Shown piece by piece: positions 38,018-51,100 of a stretch of 64,000 nucleotides of DNA (the first letter of the stretch is position 1; each line of letters opens with the position of its first letter). This DNA comes from Phoronis australis (taxonomy: Eukaryota > Animalia > Phoronida), in the NCBI GenBank assembly GCA_002633005.1, contig NMRA01000523.1, forward strand, positions 240,249 to 304,248. Direction: 5' to 3'. The translations under genes and the position numbers were made by a program. Below the pieces are notes generated by a model. That model saw nothing but the letters and a program-made list of their open reading frames with translations, did no database searches and was not told the origin of the DNA.

Positions 38018-40487
38018 CCCTAGTGTCAGACCTTTTAGTATCGTGTATAGTGTATTGGGGACGATCAGAGCTAAGCACGCCCGCGCTTGTAAACATCAGG
38101 CGACACCTCAGATAATTTGAAGTGTAGACAATATCACGTAAACAACATTGGTCTCTCGCGCGCACCGAATTTGAAAGCACGTGTTCCACTGCACCATGCT
38201 TTTAATTATTCGATTAAATAACCATCATACAAAGACAGAAAGATAATATGAGCCTCAAAATTAAAAGAATTAGGAAGTTGATTAGCAAATATTTTGCGCG
38301 GAGAATAACCGCCATTATCACACTGGAGTTATAAAGCAGGCGGACGGTAGTAGCACGCGAAAACATAATGCTGCCCAAGACATCGCCATGTATTACAAGC
38401 GAAGCACGTAATCGCACTATTTTCTTTCGTCAGCTTCCGGCGTCTACGCCGCCCAGGTTACAATGTACTCGCGTTACCAAGTTACATGTGATGTCGCCGG
38501 ATGTTTTCGAGACAAAAGTCCAACAAAGCATTTGAACAATGACAGCTTATTGCGAAAGATTTGCTGCAGATGAAGTTCCTCAGTAGAAGTTGTTGTTTGT
38601 TCTAGTTGACCATCACTTTGGTGCTCTGTGTAGTAGGCGCTAGAGTTACATTGATTAGGTTAAGTTGAAAGGTTGGTTTTACCTTATAAACAGTCTGTGA
38701 TAATATATCAAAACGAGGTCATGGAAAACGTTATGGTGTGGCATTGTCTATTGGAGGAGAATTGAAACGCATGTAAAGTATGTTCTGTAAAATTTATTTG
38801 CTTTAATGCATGTAAATAAAGTAAAGTATTTTTGAAAGCTACGCCTCCTCGAGTCTCAGATGGTTCCTCATATAGATCAGTTATCACTGGCTTTGCTGCC
38901 AAGTCATAGACGCATAATTCGTAAGAAAGTTTTAGCTACACGTTCACACGCCAACGCCTACTAGGCACGTAACCTGTGTGCAGAAATTTATTAAGTGACA
39001 CGCCATGGAACACAACTTCATCTAGCTATTGCAAATTAAAGCGTTGACTGGGGTAGTTTTGATGCCTAAATGAACCACATAACAGCGGAACCGGGTGCTA
39101 ACGAAGTCGCAGAAAAAGTCTGGTGAAGAATGAAGTCAGGAGTACAGTGTATACGCGAAAACATAAAAATGTTCCACACAAACTGTCTTGTTCTATGCGT
39201 CATTTTATCAAAAGTATATATGACGAAATGGACAGAAAGGTAGTCGCCGAGGGTTTCTCTTAGAGGAAGCGGAAACAGGCAATGGAGTCCTTTTTTGAAC
39301 TCGCCTTTTTAATTTTTTTTAAATGAGATAGAGAATTCTTGCGAAGGACAAGTAAACAGAGCCTATTTACAAACCAGGCATGTTTCGAAACAACCGTGAA
39401 CTGAAGGTAGAACATTCCAAATTTCTTTGAAAGCCGTTGCTCGACTAAACATCAGCATAAAGCCATCATACAGTGCACATGTACAGTATGTGGCTAACAC
39501 TGGTTTCTAACGCCAACGTGTTTTAAAGTTGCCCTTTTTGTTTACTATGTGTGTATATTTATGTATTTATATATATAGATAGATTATTACAAGGCGAAGT
39601 CGTTATCCCCGAGTGGCGATGATTCTCCAAAATCCACGAGGGCTTTAGATAAGGGGGATAACCACTGAGAACATATAATAATCTATTTATACCACATACT
39701 GAACGAGAAACATTGCAATGAATCGATCTACGTTTCTCGACTTGCCTCGGCTTTGTAAATAATTTCTATGTCAGAGGCTCGGGGTCGGAGGTCGTGACCT
39801 TTTAAGAAATGCCGAGCTATTTTTGTCAAATAATGCTTTTACTCAAACCAATTGAAAATTGAACAAAATAGAAATAAAGTGAATCTATAAATTAAGGTTT
39901 TGCAACTACTTTAGCTTGCTACACATTTTATCACGCTAAGCTTCGACCGTGAAAATATCGTCTGATAAAGTACGTTACCACTGGTAACTGAGTATAATGC
40001 TCAAGTCAAAGAATCCCGACGACACGATACCCGCATTCAACTTGGAGATCGTGATTTTCAAGTGCGAGAACATGAGAGAAAAATTTCTGTGAATTAAAAT
40101 ATCCTTTTAACGGAAATTATGCGTCTTATTTATTTATAAATGTCGGTACAATGCCCTTTGCTGAACATGCGATTGTTGCGCGTGCTCATTTAAGTATTCT
40201 ATAAAAATAAGAATATAAAATAGTAAAACTATTAAAACTAAAATGGCGAGCGTCGGTACTAAAATATATTAAAATATCCCCACGTATCGAGCGATGCACT
40301 CTTTGTCAAGGCCTGGGAGGTTGAAATGTTCCCCAATGGGTGATTGGAATTGCGGTCTTGTCATATATTTGCGCTTTCTAGAATATTGAGAACGCAAAAG
40401 CGACTTCCGCTTGATCCCGACTCTGCAGTTTATTAATAAAAGAGTGGACGGAACCCTACTGCCAGCCCTTTCAATTGCTTGATCACG

Positions 40488-42026
40488 TTAAAGGAGAATG
40501 CCACCGATTTAAATAGTCTCTTTTACCGTCTTAATCGGTGTATATCCACATCGCCTCTTATACGGTCGACCTCACCTTGCCGAGAGGTGTCGCGTTAACC
40601 TGTGAGGAAGGTGAGAAACGACGCAGCGACGTCAGTGGTTCGTCTGCAGAGTGAATGCCGCTATATTGCTGTGCATTGTTCCCGCTTGTACGAACTATGG
40701 AGACTTCCTCGAGAGCCCGAAATGCTCAGGAAGTGGCTCGCTGTAGTGAAGAATGAAAGGTACGCTGTTAATAGCAAGTATGAGGCCGTGAAACATCTCC
40801 GTGTCTGCGGCCGGCATTTCGTCAACAGTGATTTTTGTGACGAATTCTGGCTTAACAAAGAACCATCTATACGTTCTGTTGCCTGTGCATATTCACGGCG
40901 CCTCTCTAGTATTTCTTGATCATTGTATTCCGGTTCGAACTGATAGCTTGTGAAACCTAACGATCCGACCCGTGAAGTCTTCGTCGGGATTGGCGCCGGG
41001 CGAGTTGTCACGTAGACGTTTAATATTCTGCGTTCTGTTTCAAAATGAATTATTCTCATTTCAACCAATGATTATATGTAACTGAAATAAAGTCTGTCTC
41101 ATTAGATACAATTTGTAATGCCTTGGAGTGCTCGTGAGTGCAAATGTTTTAAGAAGCCAGCAATGAATAAACCAGTTCGTTACCCGGGCTTTTGATGCCG
41201 GCAACAAAGGTAATTGACCGGGCTCCGAGGCCGTGTGAGCGCATGCTAATTCAGTGCCTTTGCTATTACTCGATTTTATATGCTATGGTCACATGTTAGG
41301 GGAATCTTTATTTAGAAATACAAATACATTGTTCGAATCATTGTTACTGTACAACCATTGCCCTGACGGTCTGTGGAACGGGAACCCGACTTCGCGGCCC
41401 CCAACAAGTAAGTAGATTTTTCAGTTTCGTGGCTAATTCACATAAATAATTGCGTGCACAATATTTCTTTGACTCACTATTATAGTCTTTTCGTGACTGG
41501 AGGTTTAGTTTCCAACTCAAGCTGGTTTATTTTCGTGCCAGTCCCGGCGGCCGCGATGGGCCTGGTCGCGTTCCGAGCAACTGGCCGGGATAACATTAAG
41601 CGTTTAGTGTGATTAGAACTCAAAAAACCACGAGTCTGAACAGCACAGATCAAGGTTCTCCTGTCTGTATTTCACGGAAGAATACTTCGAATTTATCTCC
41701 GAACAGGTCCCAATCTCCTTCTGCGGACTTTGGTAAATTGGCCTGCTGAGCTTTGTAGGCTACGGTGTGTCTAAATACCAATAAATTCAACAGCGAAATA
41801 AAACAACATGTTTTTATAAGAACTCGGTGATTTTTTAAGTGTTTTACATCAAAGTTTGATGATTTATTGGTGTTAAACGATGAATTAAGCGATAAGCTGA
41901 CACCACTAACCGGTGTTGTGAACTGCTGAACAGACTGCCTGTGAAGCCACTTACGTCATTGGATAATTTCAACACCTCCGTCTGCCGTCAGGTGTCAGGT
42001 AACGCAACCGAACGTGCCGTTATCGA
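40488..42026 (+). mobile_element. Kolobok-like non-autonomous DNA transposon, copy A (right end lost), with THAP remnant
   Basis: Starts TTAA|AGGAGAATGCCACC and is homologous along its length to copies B and C in opposite orientation. ORF 40602-40919 has THAP-like RLPREPEMLRKWL...VCGRHFVNSDF. Confidence 0.8.
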
Positions 42027-42955
42027 CATCGGCTGGGATCGAAATTCTCCCGTTTTATCAGTGGCAGCCCAACTGACTTTGCAGTCTAATACCCCTTCTC
42101 GTCCACTTTTACATTGTCTTATTGGATGACTTTCGGAAACACTCTCCCCCCTCCTCTTCAATAAATCTGGATGTGCGTCGTACTGTGTCTTCAAAATAGA
42201 GTAGATTCGTGTAACGGTCCAAGTGCGTTGTATTCAGTGGCGACTTGGATGGGTGAGGACTGGCCCGGGTGTCTGACGAAAAGTAAGCCTGATATTCACA
42301 AGCATTATTTGCCTCAGTCCCGGAACACTAAGTGACCATTTTTTTCTCATGTTCTATTCTTAAACCACGTAATATGTAATGGTGTCGGAAATCCCGTTTT
42401 GGTGGAAATCGCAGTCACAAGTTCGATACCGTGGTGGCAATTGGGGGCCGGGGAGGGTGTGTAGCTGGCGAGGACCGGGATAACATTGCTTTCTCCGTCC
42501 TATGTGACTACACTCATAAGCAGTCGAGTGCATTTCCAAACCGTCACTGTCTTGGTTCTCATATCAAAAGTAAATTTGAGAAAAATGTAAAAACAGCTTC
42601 AATTGCTTGGTAATTGCTGATTTTCGAAATATCTCCGCCAACTTGGAATTCACTGTCTTTTCAGAAGGCGATCGGGTCTAGTGGACAGACGTTCAGCGCC
42701 ATCTACAGATACAGTGTAATGCAGATAACGGGAAGTTTCAACCAATTGGTGTAAACTGTGTTTTAAACACCTTCGCTGCTTTCATAAAGCCGGCAAATTT
42801 CCATGGCTGAGCGGTGTGGTGTACTTTTGACTTAGGGAAATTTGGCAAACCTCTTGAATGGAAGAAGCACATCATGTTCCATAAATTTACCGCGGTTGCG
42901 AAGTGAGTCGCGCGGCGATTGATGCAGCAGAAGAATTTCGATCCCAGCCGATGTC
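42025..42955. mobile_element. About 930-bp TIR element abutting Kolobok copy A
   Basis: Perfect 24-bp inverted repeat: GACATCGGCTGGGATCGAAATTCT (42025-42048) and AGAATTTCGATCCCAGCCGATGTC (42932-42955). No coding capacity seen. Confidence 0.7.
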
Positions 42956-43758
42956 AACAAGCTAATGTAAAATAATGAACGTAATCATCGGAATGGCTGA
43001 CAGTGGCATTTGTTCCTCTAGTTCTTAAATTAATGAATCACCGTGTAGTACTTGAATTTTTCTCCACCGAATCTGAGTCGGGGTCAAGCGGAAGTTACTT
43101 TCATGCTCCCATTCACTCTAGATAGCGCCAATATGAAATGTCTGCCATTCCAATTATCCTTTCGTCCTCAGGATCTCTGTCAACAATTCATTCGTCTGGG
43201 CTGCTTTATTTTTCTAGATCAATCATATGGGCTTCAACTTGAAAAGGATATACTTTAATTATTGATTCAAGTACAACTGTATCATTTCCTGATGCAACTT
43301 TCTGTGACAAATTCGATGCCCTTTTGCGATGTAACGCAATAACTGAAACTCGTGTTGTGCGCAAGCGTGTAGACAACTATTTCCGCGCTGTGAGCGTCCG
43401 TGTGAACCTACTCAAATCGAAGATACAGCTCAACACTGTACGTAGTAAGCAAAAAGTGCTACCTCGCACGTTGGCGTAAGTTAGAAACCAATTCCAATGG
43501 TAGCATATACATTATTGTACTGACTCCGTTCGACGTTTAGTCAAGGCATGGTTTCAAAGAAATTCGGACTTTTCTACCGTTTGTTGCGAATCACAACTGG
43601 ATTCTAACTGTGTTCTGTTTATTCGTCCTTCGCGAGAACTTGGAATCCCTAATTAAAAAGTGTTGTTATTAAAAACAAATTTCCAAAAAAAAACAATCCC
43701 ACTGTCGGTTTACGCTTCCGTTAATATAAACCACCGACGGCTGCCCTCTTTGAAATGA

Positions 43759-45432
43759 TTAAAGGAGCATATACACCCAAAAAACAACCTAATTTGTATC
43801 AATTTAGATCGAGTAGTTCTACTCCATAACGACACGTACGGTTGCGTTACCTGACACCTGACGGCAGACGGAGGTGTTGAAATTATCCAATGACGTCATC
43901 AGTTTCACACGCAGTCTGTTCAGCAGTTCACAACACGAGTTACTGGTGTCAGCTTACCGCTTGAAGTCATCGTTTAACACCAATAAATCATCAAACTTCG
44001 ATGTAAAACCCTTAAAAATACACCGAGTTCTTATAAAAATGTGTTGTTTTATTTCACTCTTACGGATTCATTTGTATTTGGACACACCGAAGCCTACAAA
44101 GTTCGCCAGGCTAATAAGGTCCGTAGCAGGAGTTTGGGGTCTGTTCAGAGATAATTTCGAAGTATTTTCCGTGAGATACAGACAGGCGAACCTAGATCTG
44201 TGTTGTTTAGACTTGTGATTTTTTGAGTTCTAAGCACAAAACGCTTGTTAGCCTAGCCAGTGGCTCGGAGCCCGATCAGGCCAGTCGCGGCGGGCCGGAT
44301 TTACTCGTTATCCACGCCATTGGCGCGGAAACTGATCAGACATCACAAACATCAACCAGTCAAAGTTCAGTGGAAACTTACCTTCCAGTCAAGAAAATAC
44401 TATACTAGTGAGCCACAGTAATGTGCACCTGATTATGTTGGTGAATTAGCCACAAAAATGCAAATATACTAACTCGTCGGCGGCCGCGAATTCAGGTTCC
44501 GCTTTGGCCACAGCACCATCAGGCCAGAAGTTGTACATGTACATTGACAATCATTATTTGAGTAATGTAAATGTAAATAAAGATTCCCCTAACAAATGGC
44601 CGAGGGATGGAAATCGAGTTGTTTCACAACAGTTTCTGCCAGCAAACACTAAATTAGCATGAGCTCACACGGCCTACCCGTCAATTAGTTTTTTTTTTGC
44701 TCCTAAAGCCGGTAACGCAGTGTTTTATTCATTGCTGGCTTCTCAAATCATTTGCACTCACGAACACTCCACAGAAATTACAAACTGCATGATAATAATT
44801 AATTTTGAAACAGAACGCCCAGTAATAAACGCCAACATGGCAACTCGCAATCCCGACTTAGGACGAGCTAGAGCTCATCAGTCCCGACTTCGCAGGTGGA
44901 TCGTTAAGTTTTACAGGCTATCAATTCGAACAGGAATACAGTGATGAAGAAATACATGTACTAGAGAGGAACCGTGAACAAGCTCAGACAACGGAACGTG
45001 TGGAGTTATTTGGCAAGCCGGCATTCGTCAGGCACTGTCGACGTCTGCAGGCCACAGACACGGAGATGTTTTACGACCTCATACTATTTAGAGCGTACAT
45101 TTCATTCTTCACTACCCTGAGCCACTTCCTAAGCATTTCGGACTCTCGAGGAAGTAAAAAAACGATATACCCGCTTTCCTCGCAGCTGCTTAATTCGGAC
45201 AAGCGGGAACGATGCACCGCAACATATAGCGGCATTCACTCTGCATATGAACCATAGCGGCATTCATTCTGCATATGAACCACTGACGTCGCTAGCGTCG
45301 TTTCTCACCTTCCTCACAGGTTAACACGACACCTGTTGGCAAGGTAAGGCCGACCGTATGCGAAGCGATGTGGATATAGACCGATTAAGACGGCAAAAAA
45401 GACTAATTAAATCGGGTGGCATTCTCCTTTAA
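43759..45432 (-). mobile_element. Kolobok-like non-autonomous DNA transposon, copy B (complete)
   Basis: TTAA|AGGAGCATATACACCC ... GGGTGGCATTCTCCT|TTAA. TTAA TSD with RR..YY termini and a THAP remnant near 45000-45240. Confidence 0.82.
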
Positions 45433-46777
45433 GTTTGGTTTCTTTGGATGCTACTTTGCAAACTGTTGCGGGTCGGCAAATTGAGTGCATGGTCGAGGTT
45501 TTTGGGTGTGTTCTACCGCGTTTCGACAGTTGCGAGTGCTAGGATGAGTTTGTACCTCTTTTTGTCTCTGTTTATCACTTTCCACCTTTCGGAGTAATAG
45601 GTGACGCTCCAGTCGTTGTATTGCAATTTTTAAATCCACGAGAGGAGTCTCTGTCTTTTGGGAATGAAGTTTAGTTAGACTTTAGAACACAATTCAAAAG
45701 GTACATGTAGATAAAAATGGTTGTAGGGCAAAGGGCGAGTCCTCGTTCCATATAATATTTAAACTGTGATTGTATTTTACCACTGGATGACACGCAGCTA
45801 TTGCATGGCTGCATCGCCACTTATTTGGGTGGTGGTTGCGTGGTCAATTTTACCGCATATTTACATGTAGTTGCGTGAAAACTGTTACAATTTTGACGGC
45901 ATACGGCATAGTTTTCAATGTCAACGTCAGACGGTACAGGGATCCAATGTTATATGTACAAAAAATTAAGGCGAGACAAATCCCTAACCCATTGCTTCAC
46001 ATCACAGTGCGTAATATCACAGCTCTTTGTTCCCCAGTGTTCCAGTACAGGGATCTCTCTGCATGATGCTGCATTATGAGGAGTGACTCTTGAATTAACA
46101 ACCTAACACATTTATTGTTTTGGTCAAACATTTTTACACCTGCGAAGGCTATTTAATGGCCAGTGACAATAGAGCGAGTCAACAGAGCGCTATCAATGGT
46201 ATCCTTCTTATATGTACATGTACATGTACATGTATGTACAGTCAGTTTGTTAAGCAGAGTTCTGGTGGGCAAACCGATATAAAACTCCCCTCAATTTTTG
46301 CAACTGGTACACTGCATTACTAGTCTGAACAATTTTTTTATGTTCAGTTTTAAGCCTTGACAAACGAGCAAGTTTCATAGATGGTCTAAATATATCAAGA
46401 GCCACTTTACTGAAGGAGCAACAGCTGTCAGTAACATGTGTAACTGTCGATCGGATGACAGATGAAGAAAGAATACATGAATGATGACTTTTTCCTGTTC
46501 AAGACCTTGCATGCTGGTAGGAAGCGAGTGCTGTCTCTCCGCTGAGCACATGAGTAAAAGGAGTACTATAGTAACCGTTGAGTGATTTACATAGGTAACT
46601 TATTTCTGCTCCAAACAGATCGTACTCACAACAAATTCTCCATGATCTGTACAGCAAAATGTTAGTTAAGTCACTTTTATTCGCTTTCTTGGAAGGCAAT
46701 TATCCCACCTTATATATAGACTTCAGAGTGTATGTTTACAATATACACTTGAAAGCATTCCAAAATCACTACGATTT

Positions 46778-47028
46778 TAATAAAAAATGTAATTGCAGGC
46801 GGTCTGATACACGTTGTACCAGACGAGCGCAAGCCTCGCATCTGGGCCCATATGATTGCACTGATCACCTGGAAATATTTTTATGCTTTATTAATATATA
46901 GTTAAAACTGAGATGAGGATCTAGAAACCTGGCTCAAGGGCTTAGCAGTGTGACCTGGTGGGACTCGAACCCACGGCGACCTCGATTAAAGAAAGCGGGC
47001 ACTTATCACCAGGCCACACTGCCTCCTC
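46778..47028 (-). mobile_element. tRNA-derived SINE with 12-bp TSD
   Basis: Minus strand has an A-box-like GTGGCCTGGTGATAAG and a B-box GGTTCGAGTCCC. Flanked by the direct repeat TCACTACGATTT at 46766-46777 and 47029-47040. Confidence 0.8.
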
Positions 47029-47968
47029 TCACTACGATTTACTAAGACATAAAAAAATGCAGAGAATTATCAGTCTCCGCCTCCACAGTAAACTTAATTC
47101 AGAGTTCAGCCAATTCAGGAAAGGTGTGACGTTATTTAGGTCACTAATCATCGCGAAAATGTCATCTACATGTACATAACGTTTGATAAACAGGCTACAG
47201 AGCAGTGAGTCATCACCGCGATGGTAAATACGGGTAATGCAAAACATTGACCGCTAGTAACTTTAATTTAAAACTGCATAACCTGTCTAAATCATGAGGT
47301 AACCCTCTTACTGTAGGCTTTTTGTTTCGAAACAATATCCCAGGACCTACACGTGTATTGGGAATGCGATGCCTCGCTCTGTCTGTAAAAAAACGGGCTC
47401 GTGACGCAGACAGGTACATGTATATGAAAGCCGTGCTCACCGGCTTTCGAACGTAAGGATTCCGACAGTGAGTTATGATAAGATCTTCAATACTTCAAAA
47501 GTATTGAAGCGGCGTCATCCTGCAGCTCCGTTTGATATGATGAATAATTATTGAATACGAAAGATTGGCCGCTAATGAGTTTAATTCAAAACTTCATAAT
47601 ATGTTCAAATTGTGTAATAATCCTTCTTCTAGAAATGTAGGTTTTGACCCGAACAGGATCGAGGTCGTTGTAGGCTTTTATGATAAATCCTAAACGGCAA
47701 ACAAATTGTGATTTCTGTGTACATAGACACGATAATTTGTCAGGCAGCATGTCAGTAGATAAAGCTAAAGGCGAGAGGACATGCACCTTAAAACATGCCT
47801 TTGAAATGTGAACGGTTATTTTGCATGTCGCTTATACTTGAATTTGCAAATGCTTTGTCTATTTTCAGCCCAGGATTCTGATGTGAGATATTTTCTTGAG
47901 TAATCGAACTGTTGATATCGCTTATGACACGTGACCGCCTCTAAGTTATCAGCAAACACAATAACAAG

Positions 47969-48184
47969 ATGGAGTACGACGAATTCATAAGCACATATGT
48001 TGGTCACTCAAACCGTTACCAGGTGGAAATTTTCATTCTTATTGCGTTTGTACCATTGCTTTTGCCGATGACGAATATGATCCAGGTTTTTGTAGCCGCC
48101 ATACCGGACCACTGGTGCACAGCGCCACCTGTGTTGGCGAACTTCTCAGTTCAGACGGCAAAGGCGTTATCGATACCATTCAAA
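47969..48184 (+). CDS. SLC22 exon 1
   Basis: MEYDEFISTYVGHSNRYQ...AAIPDHWCTAP...SIPFK|gtacgt. Confidence 0.88.
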
Positions 48185-51100
48185 GTACGTAAGCCTATAA
48201 CTTGTTACGATTGCGCCGTTTAAGACCAGGTTTATGAACTCCATAAAATTGAAGCTTACCTGATTTGTTCATTTTATAGAAAGACTTTGTCGCTCCTTGT
48301 TTTCAATGTTGAATACTTGACCGAAGGGCTTGGAGGTTTAAATGCTTTACGTGCTTACCAATCCTGAATGAGCCTGCAACTAAAGTAACAGGCAACGCGT
48401 GCATTCAAAAACTTTCGAGCTCAAAGGTTGAATAGCTTCAATAACTTGAACTCCGAGGCGTTTTCTTGAGTCGCTGATAGATTCGATGTTCTTGTTCGTT
48501 ACATAAATCAATGCCTTACATCAGGCAAAATATTATGAGACCGAAGTGGATTCATTCATTCATCGTTGGTTTTTGGCACTCGGAGAAATTGAGTTTTAAT
48601 GTCTCCATTGTTCACGTTTAATGGTATTCAACGCCATCTTTAAGAACAATTAATTTTGATATAGGGGAAACTTCAAAGATATTTTCAATGCTCCAAGCTA
48701 GCGTCCATTATTAGAAAATCCAGTGTTGACGGAGTGGAGTTCAATGATTGCTTCTGAGGCTAAGTTTGCTATTCATACTCAAGTTTTGAAGATGTCGATT
48801 TAACCTTTAAGCTAGTTGTCGCTATCTGTAATTATGAAAACAATGCGAAAACATAATACAAGTAATTTTGACGAAAGAGCTCCATTCGGGTATGTTACAC
48901 ATGGACGTTTGGCACTTTACATAGGGCTACGGGAATAAAATCAACAAAATTGCACTCTTGTATATAACATTCATTTGTATTACAACTACATGTATTACAG
49001 GATGGCAAATACGAACAATGCGATATGTACAACCTGTCAAACTTCACCTCATTGTTTCCTATCACGAACAACTGGAATGTGACGCTGGAAGGACTGGGCA
49101 TCAACAGATCAGAACTGTCAACCGTTGCCTGCACATCTTGGACTTTCGATACAACCGAATACCCCGAGACCATTGTCACCAAGGTAGCTGTCTCATTGTT
49201 TTAGCTATCTAGGTTCCTCACGCAGCCGTTCAGTTTACATCCTTCAGTCTCGGCTAAATTACTCAAAATCAAGGCAATATTTTTATCGTCGGCCCAGGCT
49301 TAACAATAACTCTTTTGCGGGCCTACTGTTCCCGGATGTCTGAAACAGTCCCGATTAGGGACTCACTTTGTTCCCTCAACCTTTTGTGTTTTTGTGTCTT
49401 TCTTTACTCACATTTGTAATATTTTCATATCACATCATCTTTATTATGAACTCAGTCCTCTTTGACTAATGACATAGTCTAATAATATAACTAAGAACTG
49501 AGTCCTAAGTTCAGTACGCTGTAGATTTAGGGAAAATAGTTGAGTCTTTTTAGGGATTGTTTCATGGAGATGTGACGCCAATGGGAAAGCGACATATGAC
49601 GCAGTGTTTCTGTTGTAGTGGAACTTGGTCTGCGATAAAGCATACATCGGGGCATCACCGGCGTCCATTATTGGAGTCTCCCAGATACTCAGCAGCATCA
49701 CATTCGGATACTTGGCAGACAAGTGAGACGTTGAGGGTGATTCTATAAGTAAACCAACTAGACACTGCAATGCTCATTGTGTCATTGAGAATTTAAATAA
49801 AAACAAAACACTTGATTCTGATAAACGATTTAGATTTTATTCTCTCACCATGTACTTGCACTCGTTTACTATAGGGGATGGATAGGCATAAGACATTCAC
49901 TTGAGAACAATACGCATCACACTGTTGTCGTGTTGTGTTTGGAATGGGATTTTTAAAATCCATTCCATTTTCTAGTTATACCGCTGTGCCTAACGCCTGA
50001 CGTTTCGCAACAAAATAATTCTGCACAAACATCTAGTGATTGATTGTATTCAATGCCGACGAAAAGTAAATGGCTAATGTAAAGCAAAACATTCACACTC
50101 ATAAGAGCATAGATTATATAAAGGTTAGAATATGAAATATATCCACTTAGTGATGATCCCGGTTAATAACACTGCTATAATATTAGCGAATTCAAAATCA
50201 TTTCAGGTTTGGACGTCGAAAGCTGATTATTGCACAGACGTTTCTACGTATTTTGACTGGCGTAGCCTCGGCATTCGCCAACGGCCCGATATCCTACGTT
50301 GTTATCTCGTTTTTATCAGGCTTTTCAAACGGAGGAGTCTACAATGCCGCTTGGATTCTTGGTAAGTTGTGATGAAAAAAGTTTATTTCGAATTAAAACA
50401 CAACATGTTAGGTGCCGTGTTTCTTTCAAAAGTTCAATTCTGCGCTGCATTCAATAACAGCAACCATTCGCGACATCTATTGGTCAATTAACTCGCTTAA
50501 AAGTTTGTCGAATCACTCGCGACTTAACACGGCGGAAATAACCGGGGCACACGCGGTCATTCTACCATTGTAAGGTACCAAGTTTACTCAAAAACATGTG
50601 TGACGCTAAAATAGCACCCCATGCAGTAAAGATGCGAGTTTTGCAGCTAATCAGCTACAATGTAAACCACCACAACCATGCCTTCAACTCAATTCTGTCA
50701 ATACCACTGTTTTTAAAATAAATTGCTGATTGTCAGGTCGACAATACTATAATAATAAATAATTCCAAAATTGTCATTTTGGTATTTTTCCAATGCTTAT
50801 TGCACAATGCTTACATCTACACAATATAGAAAAAGCTATTTAAAGGAGAATGCCACCCAAACAACAATCTATTTTATATCAATTTATATCTAGTAGTTCT
50901 ACTCGATTACGGCACGTTCGGTTGCGCTACTGACACCTGACGGCAGACGGAGGTGTTGAACTTATCCAAGACGTCATTGGTTTCACACGCAGTCTGTTCA
51001 GCAGTTTATACCACCGGTTACTGGTGTCAGCTTATCGCTTGAATTCATCGTTTAACACCAATAATTATAAATCATCAAACTTCTATGTAAAACCCTTAAA

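Noticed and set aside
40602-40919. THAP ORF as a domesticated host gene
   Set aside because: The N-terminal Cys pair is frameshifted, it lies inside a multicopy TIR element, and the other copies are disrupted differently.
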